The translations under genes and the position numbers were made by a program. A stretch of 61,740 nucleotides of DNA, the filler included, from Choristocarpus tenellus KU-1152 (Eukaryota; Protista; Phaeophyceae): NCBI GenBank assembly GCA_964200185.2. It is 13 parts of 13 records of this genome, joined end to end, with 100 filler letters (N's around TTAATTAATTAA, not from the genome) between each part and the next. Parts side by side here need not be neighbours in the genome. Positions count along the whole stretch, not along the records: positions 49,872 to 52,840 come from CAXNAD020023289.1; positions 52,941 to 57,273 come from CAXNAD020015074.1; positions 57,374 to 61,740 come from CAXNAD020014882.1; 10 more parts are not named here. One strand, written 5' to 3'. Under the pieces are notes generated by a model. That model saw only the letters and a program-made list of their open reading frames with translations. It made no database searches and was not told the DNA's origin. Positions 50,971 to 61,740 of this stretch are shown here, piece after piece (within the stretch, counting starts at the first letter, position 1; every line of letters starts with the position of its first letter).

Positions 50971-52635
50971 GTGGGCCCAGTACAGATTGTCTGTTTCAAG
51001 GATTGACTTAATTGATCTATAGATTGTGTCAACAAAACCATACGAAATCGTCAATATCTATGTCACTGAAGAACCCTCCTAAAACTTATCAACCCGATGC
51101 CTCAAAGAAGTATCTGTGATCTAAGCTAAGAGATACCCACCAAGAGTGCTTAGCGCACTTAGTATTTCAGCTCTCCTGGCATTGCAATACAGTCGACCAT
51201 GAGGTTCCAGGTGTCAATTCGTAAGAGGTTGCCGTTAATAACAACCGGAAAGATTTCACACAGCCCTAGAACTATTACGTGGCCGGTCGAAGTCCACGAG
51301 TGGATGCGCACCCCAACCTCTAGTTCCAAGTGTAGCCCAGTCATCATCTGATACATCCATGTCGAGAGTGGGGGTTAGGATTAGAGTTCATTTCTATACC
51401 TGCTTCAATCACGCACAGAGGTGATAGATCCTGCGATGTGTACAAACCTGGTGTCTCACCTCAATTTCCCTAAGGTGGAGTCCTAGCCTGATATTGCAAC
51501 ATGACTTAGGTCGTGTTAGCACTGGGACATGGGATATGGTAGAAGGTAACACACCTTGCGTTATCTTTGTTCACTTTGAAAGGAAAAATTGAAATATCCT
51601 GAAAATAACCTTCAGCGAGTTGCTACAGTTTTTGAAAATATGAAAGGAAGTGCTTGCTCCAAGACACATAAGTGGATGTGTTCAAAGTGAGAGGAAGGGA
51701 AAATGTGTTATTCCTCCCATATATCAACGTTCGCTCATTTTCAATGGGGAGGGTATAGTGTACGTGTAAGAGTTTGCCTCAGTTTCGCTCCTTCATTATA
51801 TTTTAAATGAGAACCGCCAAGATTATATAGCAAGCTTTGACCGTACTGGTCCTTTAGTGTTACAGATGTATGCCATGTTTGCATACGGTCAAGATGAACA
51901 CTAACGTGCATGTAAATTGTGAGAAATAATATTCCAAACCGTTCATTGCTGTAGTACCTATTAAAATACAGGGAGTCAGAATGTTGGGTACCCTTCAAAT
52001 GGAATGTTCCCTTTCTTCCAACATTTCTAACGCCAAGAGATTGAAATTTTGAATTTTCTTCTGGTGGAAAAAGACCCTAGCTCTAGTGGATGGGCATGAG
52101 AAAACCTGCGTAACAGTTACTTTTTTTCATATTTTTAACACCAATCACACTCTATATCCTGGAGGACAGAGTCACTCTACATACGATACAACAAAAAAGT
52201 TTATGTTATATCAAGTCATCTGGAAAAATGTACCCTTCCCTCTATCTGCACTCCACTTCATCCCTAACCCTAACCCCTAAATTTACTACACTTGTCGCTC
52301 ACTTTTCAGGTCTTGACTTTTTTTTCCATTTGAAGAAATCGTGTGGATGCACAAATTACGCACCTATATATGCATCTAGTTTTGTGTGTCTATGGATAAC
52401 CAATGTCAAGAACAGGTTATTTTCTCTTGAGTGGGATAGGAGGGGTATACTGGCTTGTCTGAAGGGTTAAGAGTCCAAGAATGTCCTGATATCTGTCAAT
52501 GAGGTAACTGCATGATGTTGGTGAAGCAGTATGGAGTTATTGAATTAATTTCATTGTAGCAGCAAATATCGTGCACTTGTGTGTTTCACATTCATGAGTT
52601 TGAATCTCACCGGTGTCACCAATGTGAATCGTGTG

Positions 52636-52809
52636 ATTCTGTGGCAGTGTGGTTCACTCAGGTAAGGGTGGTGAAGAGAATCACCAGGCAAGACGGACCA
52701 GATGGACCAAGACAAACCATAACAGAGAGGACGAGGTTTAGGTGCAAGACTGCAAGGAATTGCGGGGAAAAGTGGGGAGGATCACATTTCGGATAGGTTT
52801 CAGAAAAGA
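52636..52809 (+). repeat. Dispersed repeat family F (second copy about 53312-53454, continuing after the MITE to about 53655)
   Basis: attctgtg..gtggttc(a/c)ctcaggtaaggg(t/c)ggtgaag..aatcaccaggcaagacggaccagat..gtgcaagact shared by two contigs. Confidence 0.8.
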
Positions 52810-52940
52810 GACCCAAAGTATCTGGGGGGGGGGGGGGGGGNNNNNNNNNNNNNNNNNNNNNNNNNNNNNNNNNNNNNNNNNNNNTTAATTAATTAANNNN
52901 NNNNNNNNNNNNNNNNNNNNNNNNNNNNNNNNNNNNNNNN

Positions 52941-53178
52941 CTGTTTGACCGAAACGGACGCCCCCTCACAAACCACCCCCCACCCCCCAGATACTTTGAC
53001 CCATTTTCCTACTCCAAAATGTTTTGGAGTAAGTCAAATGCGTACGTTATGAAAGGTGTGTTCGGAACAATGATATTGACACTTCCTAACAAAAAAAATA
53101 GCCAAAATTACATCAAAATCGCAACAAGATTTTGGCCCCAGAACGGACGCGGCCCTACGCTCTAAGGTACTTTGACTC
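52941..53178. mobile_element. MITE B end (52941-53002) joined to the right part of a MITE A (53003-53178), a probable nested insertion
   Basis: ...cagatactttgaccc|attttcctactccaaaatgttttggagta...taaggtactttgactc. Confidence 0.8.
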
Positions 53179-53454
53179 TCTTACTAACTCTTATATTTCT
53201 CCCTATCCTCTCCCTTTCCCTGTGCCCCTCTCCAACAAAATTATTCCGCCCACAAAACTTAGATCACTTCAGAAACTTCTCTATAGGAACTACTTTGAGT
53301 ATGATCTTATTATTCTGTGACGGCGTGGTTCCCTCAGGTAAGGGCGGTGAAGCGAATCACCAGGCAAGACGGACCAGATCAACCAAGACGAGCCCTAACC
53401 GAGAAGATGAGGTTATGGTTGGACAGTGCAAGACTTCAAGGACTAGCAGAAAAA

Positions 53455-53626
53455 GGCTCAAAGTATCTGGGAGGGGGTGGCGGCTGTCCATTTGGACCAT
53501 TTTTTTCATCTTGCGATTTTTCGGTGATTTGGTTGCATTCGTTGGATGGATAATGTAAGTGCACGTTTCCTGGTTATGGATCAAATGGATACCCTGGTTC
53601 AGACCCCCCCCCAGATACTTTGGGTT
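53455..53626 (-). mobile_element. MITE family B, full copy
   Basis: GGCTCAAAGTATCTGGG ... CCAGATACTTTGGGTT; TSD AAA. Confidence 0.9.
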
Positions 53627-53775
53627 AAATGTGGTGGAGTGACGAGAATTTCATGAGAGGGAGGATAATGAGAATGTCAAGAATTGAGAGCAAAGTGAAT
53701 CTTTGGCATTTGACAATTCTGAATGAAGAGCAGTTCCAGATGTGTCAGGGGAAAACCAATGAAAACATTCTAAAA

Positions 53776-53946
53776 GACTCCAAGTAGGCTGTGGCTGTCC
53801 ATTCGGGGTCATTTTTCCATGTCCCGATTTTGGGGTGATTTGGTTGCATGTGTTGGATTGATAATGTAAGTTCATTTCTCCTGATCGGGACCCGAATGGA
53901 CACCCTGGTGTAGACCCCCTCCCCTCTCCCCAAGATACTTTGAGCC
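53776..53946 (-). mobile_element. MITE family B, copy with deleted left poly-G
   Basis: gactccaagta..gtggctgtccattcgggg..caagatactttgagcc; no clear TSD. Confidence 0.85.
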
Positions 53947-53979
53947 ATGCGCAAGTTGAATTCCTTGGGAGCTCCTGCG

Positions 53980-54397
53980 AGTGGAGAGTAACCGTGTTTG
54001 GCTGTTGTCCAAAGGCGGGAGCAGTGTTGGTGAACAAATAGTCGAACCATTTGCTGCAGCCCAAGTCTCTCATTGACGCACCTGGAGTCTACTAACAGAC
54101 CACTTACACGAACAAAAATGAAAATAGTGTTTCCCTGTTGTGTAGGAAACTGAAGTTTGTTGAGAGGAAGAAAGTATGTTATGAAATGGAATTTGAAGAT
54201 AATATTTATGTATTTAATTAAGTTGGAGTTAAGAAAAGAGCTAGAATGCAGCAAGATTTGTTTATGAAGAAAGCGGATTATTCGTAGGCCCCAGTTGCAC
54301 CAACAAGGGGCCCCTGGACTGCTGCAAATCGTTCACCCGATTGTTTATCAAAGCTGCTTCCATCTTGAGAACAGTCATCACATGGTTACTCTCCACT
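53980..54397. repeat. Fold-back structure: ~115-bp diverged inverted repeats around a ~190-bp AT-rich spacer
   Basis: agtggagagtaaccgtgt...gaaccatttgctgcagcccaag...ctggagtctac (+, 53980-54093) versus the reverse complement of 54281-54397 (agtggagagtaaccatgt...gaacgatttgcagcagtccagg...ctggggcctac). Confidence 0.75.
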
Positions 54398-55849
54398 GGG
54401 ACAGTAAGGTGCCCAAGTCCCCCCCCCACACATTTTGAATTGACAAATAGTCCTCCCTTCTCTTTCCGGCCATCAGCTCGCAAAAAAAGAAAGAGAGAGG
54501 TGGGTGGGTTGGTGGGTGGGAATTCGTTCAACGCCAGGGTCTTCCTTCGCTCACCCCTCTTCTCCTCTCTTGCAATCCCTTCATTCCCAACTGACCACAA
54601 ACTCTCTGGTGCAATCAGAAGAAGTCGCACTTGCTTACCTAGGCGGCCAAAATTTTCACCGCGAAGGTGTTCAGGTTGTAACTTCGAGGTTCAAGAGAGC
54701 CCTCGTAGTGGGTGCGATTATTATTGTTGATCGCAACGGAACCTATCAAATCTCTCACGTCTCCAGATTTTTTTCAAAGCACACGAATCTGTAAGATCAA
54801 CAAATGAGATTGGCGTGGAAGTTAGGTTGATTGATCGATTGCCACGCATTAGTTCGAAGTATGATCTAATGACAGTTGGAAGAAGAAACGATTGGCAGGT
54901 AATGTTAAGGAGAAGGAAACAACATACAACATACTCGAACCCGTAACCAGAAAGACAATGCAAAAGAAAGCGAAAAGGATGGACATTAATGTGCCAAAAC
55001 AGGCAGATCCATCAATGCCATGCACAACGGAACCACACCCACTAGGGTAACCACCCCTCCTATTGGCGGAACCACCACCCACTCAATTAAGGGATATACC
55101 CCACGTTTCTCACAGTACTTTGATCAGTCATTAGTCGACCGATTTGTCATTTTGTGGTTCATCACTTCTCCAACACTACATTGCTTTCCTCGTAATTGCC
55201 TACCAATCAATTCGGTTACTTTGTAAATAACATTGTTTGGCTGTGTGCTACTGAACTACACGATGAATGGCTTGCCTGAGTTATGCCTCCCCCACTTGGC
55301 CCACCTCGTTGAGACATCTGCGGCCCATATCAATTAGAAATGATGGAGAAAATTGTGAAAAATGCTGGGAAGTGTGTGGTGGTGGTTCCCCGAGCAACGG
55401 GGGTATTTCAGCCACGGACCAAAAATGACAAATCGGTTGTCCAATCATGAACATATATTTGCAGAAATGGGACGTAATTCCTTTGATTGGTGGGTGGTTC
55501 ACCTGATAGGGGGGATGGATCCCTTGTGCAATGCAACAGTCAATCCATAATATAGAAAAAAACAGAAAGAGTAACACAATCCAAGGATCAGCTCCAGCAT
55601 CGAGGAACACAATTGGTTCAGGAAGGGGTATATGTATATATATATCCAAGTACATTTCAGAGCAGGATCTCCGTGAATGGTCCTTACACGTGCTAGATTC
55701 AACCTACGACCATTAACACTAAGAAGAGTAACCTAGGCTGGGGAAAGAGATCAACCCAGTCCCCTTCCCCTCCAAAGAAGAAAAATAGAAGCTCAGTAGA
55801 TATTATCACAACTGGTTGGTGACCAATCCCACTTTTTGGCATTACGCTT

Positions 55850-56760
55850 TGTGACTGCTTCGACCCAGGTATCTACGAAGTATTTTGCTCCATCCTCCAC
55901 ATATATATGTGCCAGAAGTTTGGAGTCTTTTGCAAGTGAAACCTATTATCAGCAACTTCGAAAGCCTTGAGACCATCTTGGAGGCACCAACACGTTTTTT
56001 TCTCTGGACTCCCCTTCTCCCTCTCTTTTGCTGTATGAGTGAACAGTGTTCCTCCGAGTACAAGGTTCTTGGGCGACCGATCATTGACCATTCCACAATA
56101 TGAGACCTGTAAATAGCAGTATCCTTTTGCTGATACTGGACTCAAGTCACTCACTTCCAGTTATTTTGATAACTTCTCTGTAAGACATGTAGTAGTGGTT
56201 CGTAAGTCTTGTTCTGTTGAACCCAATCCAGCACTGTAGGAATTTGCTGAAAGGGGCAGGAACCGGGGTATAGTGGTCATTTTTTAGTGTCCGCGCCATG
56301 CACCTATACAGCAGAGCCTCGAGTACTTTTTAAATCTTAATCTCTTTGCTGTAGTACTTCTTCAAGCGCTCTTATGTCTTTATATATGAAGTTGTATCTC
56401 GGTGATGGTATCAGCGTCAGCAATCATTCGTTATCACTGACAAAACCTCAAAATAGACAAACTTGGAAGTCTACGGATACCATTGTCCTCCAGCCCCAAT
56501 CTGTATTTTCTGTGCTGGCCTGTTGGGGAACTGGAGCATATTATCTCTGTCTTGTTTCTGATGCGGTCAGTCCAAATGCCTCACACACTGTGATAATGAC
56601 AGTCCTCCTTTGGGTTAAACTCTCTCGAGTCATCGACACAATGCCTGCATCATCAGAATACAGTATACACCAAAGTAACAGCAATAGCGAAGGCATCTCA
56701 TGGTGTCCGCTTCCCAGCCTGAGGGCATCTTCTGGTGTTTCTCTGCAACTTGTCAACAGA
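55850..56760 (-). mobile_element. LINE (RTE-like) reverse transcriptase / 3' relic
   Basis: LWCILYSDDAGIVSMTRESLTQRRTVIITVCEAFGLTASET corresponds to the YADD box and FGLTVS of RT domains 5-6; degenerate downstream. Confidence 0.85.
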
Positions 56761-57084
56761 GTTGCACCCCGTCTCCAGAATTACACACACTCATATGAAC
56801 CTGTTCCAACAAAGCTGTCAAGCAATACAATTATGTTGTAACAGTGAGGGTCTACTCTGCGGTAGAAAGAGGAGGTAAAGTTCTGCCAGTTAGTAGGCAC
56901 TATAAACCAGCAACTCCAGGAGGAAAGAAATAAGGGTGTGTGTGACTGAGCAGTCCTGTGGGGGTTGCGCTGGTGGCGAAAGGGTAGCCACAGTGCTCCA
57001 GCAGCAGAATGGGGAAGAGCATAGGGGGGCTGTGTGGTCTGTGGCCAGGGAAAAGGAGGAAAAGTTGCACCGGCTAGCAGACAT

Positions 57085-57253
57085 GGCTCAAAGTATCTTG
57101 GGGGGGTGGCAGCTGTGTCCATTAGGGCATATTTTTCCATGTTGGGAGGTTTGGTTGCATGCGTCAGATGGATAATGTTAGTGTACTTCTCCGGATCAGG
57201 GCCCAAATGGACACCCTGGTGTAGGCCCCCCCCCCCCCCAGAAACTTTGAGTC
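57085..57253 (-). mobile_element. MITE family B, full copy
   Basis: GGCTCAAAGTATCTTGGG ... CCAGAAACTTTGAGTC; TSD CAT. Confidence 0.9.
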
Positions 57254-57407
57254 CATGGTGCTCCACCTGCATCNNNNNNNNNNNNNNNNNNNNNNNNNNN
57301 NNNNNNNNNNNNNNNNNTTAATTAATTAANNNNNNNNNNNNNNNNNNNNNNNNNNNNNNNNNNNNNNNNNNNNAAACCCCCCCCCCCCCCCCAAGATACT
57401 TTGAACC

Positions 57408-59080
57408 ATCACAGTCTTTGAAAGCCTCTCATCATCTACTCTGTAGCTAATCCTGCAAACAAGAGTCCCCACTTCTGAACAATTGTCTCAATGCTGTCAC
57501 AGGCAGTCTCGACAAGGGAATCTCTATAGGACATGATATGATTAGTGCACCCTGGTCCAGGAAGCTAATTCAACATAGTAGGAATCTATGGTCGTGCAAC
57601 CTCACCTTGGCGTAATGGACCTTGAAATGTCTATGCCATGTTATAACCATATAGCATGACTTTTCGTGCTTCAGCTTTGAGCATTCTGATCAGGAGTTCA
57701 AGTGATTCACCAGACGTTGTGTCGTTGAACACTTGGTTGTACAATCGGAAGCAACTCCAGGCCTTTGGGATCCCTCTATCGATCTCATCCATGGTGTGAG
57801 CATAACCAATGATGGTTCTACCATTGTAAACAAAATTCTAAGTCTGTTTGTTGATCTGATCAAAAGGAAGATCCATGCCTTTTGATTGCAACCACCTGGA
57901 TAAAGGGGTCGAAGACGTACACTTTCTGTATTTTGGGTCAGACACGGTACACATATCTTTAAGGAGAACTTTGCCAGCATGTGGCATCCATGAAATGACT
58001 CAGCGGCTACCACAAGTGGTCCGACCCTTCTTTGTGGAGTACCATAACAATACCATATTTCCAAGCTTGAGTCACATATCCTCCTGTTTCCACACAGCCA
58101 CCACAGTTATATTGAAACCCTCTAGGATACTCCTGTAATTAACGTATGCGAGAGGTACCCAGAGTTGCATTTTAAGGATGCTAACAAAGATGTGCAAAAT
58201 CCAGCTTTTAAAATTCAAATGCGTGTAAGATTTTTTTCTGAATTCTGTCCAAGAGTCTCGAAGAATAGAGAATAAGCGCTTTCAAGTCAAACTTAGAACT
58301 TCATCGATAGAAATACTGGAGAATTGCAAGAGTTTGAAAAACTGAATAAAATAATGTAAAACGGCTATAATCTGGGTATCCTCATGAGTCCAAGTTTGAG
58401 GAGCTCTGCGGGCAGGTCATCCGGTCCCCAGGTTGGTTCCCGCCTGGTGTGGGACGAATCGCTTCTGTCACTCAATCAGTGTTAGAGAGTCAGTTAGTGT
58501 TACACATATAGGGCATTGTCCAATGGGTTCAGCAGGCTCAGCCCTGAGGCGGTCAACTTGAGCATCGAGGTGGATTTAATAATATCACCTCCACCCCTCC
58601 GTTTTGAGGTCCTGGCCTTTCAGTAGCTTACCAGTGAGCCACAGATATATTTTCGTTGATTACGACATGTCCTCTCAACATCAACCATTTCAGGTAAGCA
58701 TAGAAACAAGTTCTGTCTCCACAGTGGCAGCAAGATTCCATTCTCCTGGTGAGTGAGTCAAGAGACTCAATGCTCTAACCAGTTTGAATATGTCGGCTTG
58801 CTTCAACACTTCATTGAAGGAGTCTTGAGAGTCCCCCCGATATTAGTGCCACTCTCAATCCTAGTCTTCCCAGGACCCCAAGAAACTCATTTGGGCTGTC
58901 TCATTTACATACCACCCTCCTGGCAGTACGTTTCACCCAGGTGGCATTACTTCCGCTGTGGTTGCCAGCCGGTGTGTAGTACATGATTCTGCCTTGTTAT
59001 TGTCATTACCATTGGACCTACTGTGGCCCTCACTGTCTTTGTTGGCAGGAGTCTGGGTGCAGCTATCCTTGCCTGTTCAG
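57408..59080 (-). mobile_element. Heavily decayed RTE-like LINE interrupted by a family D MITE
   Basis: C-terminal HIMSYRDSLVETACDSIETIVQKW / LLFAG motif near 57440-57540; linker-region remnant GKLLKGQD near 58560-58680. Limits approximate. Confidence 0.6.
58150..58383. mobile_element. MITE family D copy
   Basis: gagaggtacccagagttgcattttaaggat...aaaacggctataatctgggtatcctc. Confidence 0.8.
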
Positions 59081-59704
59081 CCCTCAAGGGCTGATTAGAT
59101 GCTAAGGCTCATCTATTCACGGCGAGATTTTTCTTGCCACCACCAATGTGCAACAGACGAGTAGGAGGAAATTCATCAAGGAGAAGGATTGATGCGCCAG
59201 CAATCCGATTCCATAGAAGGTACTGGGTTGGACCCTTAGGGTTTTACATACATATATATCACACTGAAGGTACTGGATATAGTGCAAATTAACGTATCCC
59301 GTCCCCCCCCGATTCCCCACGAACGTGTGAGACCGTTTGTGATTAGGGTGCTGAAAATGTGTTGACAAAGCATAGTACACACAAGTTGATATACATGTCT
59401 GAAAAAACCGATGAATTGACACTTCGTTATACCTCCTACATATATTATGGGATCACGGTTCTGGAGGTGTTCTTCGACTTACATTTTGAGACGAAGAAAT
59501 CGATGCGCTGGGATCTTTTGGGAGATACTTGAAGGCTGTTAAATTGAAGAGTGAAAAACGATAAGTCCGCCATACGATGTTACGATATTACGATATTACA
59601 GGTTAGAGTAGGGTTAGGGATGGGCAATATCTGGTCTGAAAAAAATGGTCTTGGTAGAGGATACGACTAACCTTCAGTTTCGATCAATCGTTCTCAGACT
59701 TAAC

Positions 59705-60393
59705 ATGGCGGATCGTGCCTATAATCTTGAGGTTCGTTTTCAAGCACTCTGTGAAGAAGCGCTGGACTTTCTGTTAAGGCCTGGCACATCAACAGATAAC
59801 GAATCCGATGAGGCTTCCGTAGATTCTATGAGAAAGGTATTTTTTGTGGGTTGTAGTGTCAACCAAATGTAGCCTATTCCATTCACAGATACGTTGGGAG
59901 GTAAAAGTGTGCGCGAGGAAAAATAGATAGACATCGCTTTCTGGGTAGGGGAGGGACAAGGTGTCTCTTATCTGTATCCTTGTTGTACCGCAATCTTGCT
60001 TGCCCGACAGAGCTTACGCAGATACTTCGATGAACCTCAAGTCGAGAGTCTGGAGTTTGTCCTTCAGAAGCGAGTGACACCAGATGAAGCAAGGTAATTA
60101 GGCTGTGCAACTGGTAAGATCTTCCGTAGTGCCTTCAAATGTACTTGCAGGGCGCAGCGGAAGTCTTTGGAACTAAAACGAGACCTGATAGTTGATTCGT
60201 CGCGCCCGTAGCAATGACTGTGTTACGGTATTGCTTTCAATCAACCCCGTTGCCGTATCTTGAAATCCACTTATTTATGGCAAGCAGGTATATCCTGTTC
60301 TTTCCTAATGAAGATCAGGCGGCCTACTACCCGCTTCTTATTGACCAGGCGCCGGACGGAGCACCTCTTGATCACCCCAACAAAAAACTTCAG
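59705..60393 (+). CDS. Probable first two exons (59705-59836, 60319-60393) of an unknown gene
   Basis: aacATGG start; MADRAYNLEVRFQALCEEALDFLLRPG..SMRK|gtattt ... gatcag|AAYYPLLIDQAPDGAPLDHPNKKLQ|gtgaag; phase-0 joins. Confidence 0.5.
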
Positions 60394-60489
60394 GTGAAGC
60401 ATGAGCCCACTCCTCTCCCTTAGGGGTCGTCCCACGATTGACTTCATTAAGGAACTCTACATTGCCACGGGTTCTTCACTACTATTAGT

Positions 60490-60523
<34 letters not shown>

Positions 60524-61037
60524 CCAATAGATAGCTGGTCACATATGTGAGGTGGTTGTGTTGTTTACTCCCACTTTCTGCTTAAGTTGTATCATCAGGT
60601 AGGTGTCAAAAAATGATCAAATGTGTGCATTATAATTGTATAAGTTACAAGTAGTGTAGGCATCAGAAGCTCATCTCATCAGATCAAACACACCCTTTTC
60701 ACTCAAGCTCCCAAATCCTGGATAGTAACATGATGACAACGCATTTCCCTATTCCAGATACAACATCTGACGCTACTTTATATACTTCATGTGCGAAGCT
60801 GGTCATTCTTGTCTTCGTTCGTGGTTGCTGGTGGGCTACCTGTCCTTTCCACCCTCCTCGTACACCCCCATCTCGTCCTACGCAGCCAAGCTGTATCAAT
60901 CCTTGCAAGTGTGACTTCCCACGAGAGCTTTGATTGGTTTTCTACCCCCAAAGGAACAACTGAGGCTGCCCTGCACCATTCCATGCTAGTGCTTCGGACA
61001 GTCCCTACATTCCTGCCAGGACTTCTGGGAAATTCCT

Positions 61038-61335
61038 GGGGGCCAGGATGCAAAGGGAAAACCTTCCCAGGAGGTGCTTTGATCTGCCTCGAGGTATGTA
61101 GTTCGAGGAGAGGTACATTTGTGATGTTTCATATATTATGGAGAATTATATCTATGTATGGTACAAATGATGAATTTCACACAATTTGTCATCGAGGTTT
61201 CTTGGGGCTGGAAGGTATAGACAAAACGTTCCTTGGAGGTACTCTGAACTACCCTCTTGAGACATGTAGCAGGGGAAGCACATTTACAGTGCTTCATATT
61301 ATATGGAGATTTACTGGTATGTGTTGTAAATGTCC
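61038..61335. repeat. Diverged direct repeat (two copies about 185 bp apart)
   Basis: aaac(c/g)ttcc..ggaggt..atgtag..cacattt/tacattt..ttcatat..atggaga..aaatg occurs twice. Confidence 0.65.
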
Positions 61336-61740
61336 TCAGAAAATATGTCATATTCCTTCCGTAGTGATCAGCACAAGAAGTGCTTTATGTGGAAGCACAT
61401 TTTTGTGTAGCAAAGTGTTGTAGGGTATCTCTTAAGATATGTAGTCCTAATGGTTTCTACCATGATGACATCATTGACAACTGCAACAGAGTTCAGCAGG
61501 AATGAAGTCTATGCGTCCAGCTGTAGTGGCCCTCAAAGCACATATTCTTTTTCCACCATAGGTCCCCCTACAACCTCACTCTACGCCTTATCTCTCTGTC
61601 TCCCTTCTCTTTGCATCAAAGATTTTGGCCATGTGGCTTAGCTGGGTTCGAGCGCTTTACACAAGGGATGGAAAACTAAGGCTCAGCCGGAAGTTACTGC
61701 TGGCTATAGATTCATGGGGGGGCGATGAGAGTAGTGGAGG

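Noticed and set aside
60791-61423. 210-aa ORF, the longest in the track
   Set aside because: Largely the translation of a diverged direct repeat; GTG start and no domain signature.
1-61740. Functional clustering of K+ channel, NPRL3, ankyrin, NPHP4 and PHPT1 genes
   Set aside because: They lie on separate contigs joined artificially, so co-location means nothing.

Overview
This is eukaryotic DNA, not one locus. It is 13 short contigs joined by twelve identical 100-bp artificial linkers (44 N + TTAATTAATTAA + 44 N), so nothing can be inferred from adjacency across linkers. Long GT-AG introns, a ciliary gene (NPHP4), a heterokont-type signal peptide followed by F, TTAGGG seeds and RTE LINE relics point to a photosynthetic stramenopile, probably a brown alga (inference). 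Spliced host-gene pieces: a two-pore K+ channel exon, an NPRL3 exon, a 7-exon ankyrin-repeat gene, the last three NPHP4 exons, exon 1 of a Janus/Ocnus (PHPT1-like) phosphatase, and some unknown exons. Much of the rest is mobile DNA. The clearest case is a 7-exon Sola-type (DUF7869-like) DDD transposase gene, only fragments of which appear in the ORF track, lying behind a 3 x 270-bp tandem array. There are also a decayed DD39D mariner and three RTE LINE relics. Two related MITE families (about 259 bp and about 180 bp, 21 full or partial copies) share the TIR core CAAAGTATCT and a subterminal CCAAAYGGAC motif, and mostly have 3-bp TSDs. Several smaller repeat families are present. No CRISPR, rRNA or tRNA was recognised, and most short ORFs in the track are spurious. 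All family assignments are motif recognition by eye, not database searches.
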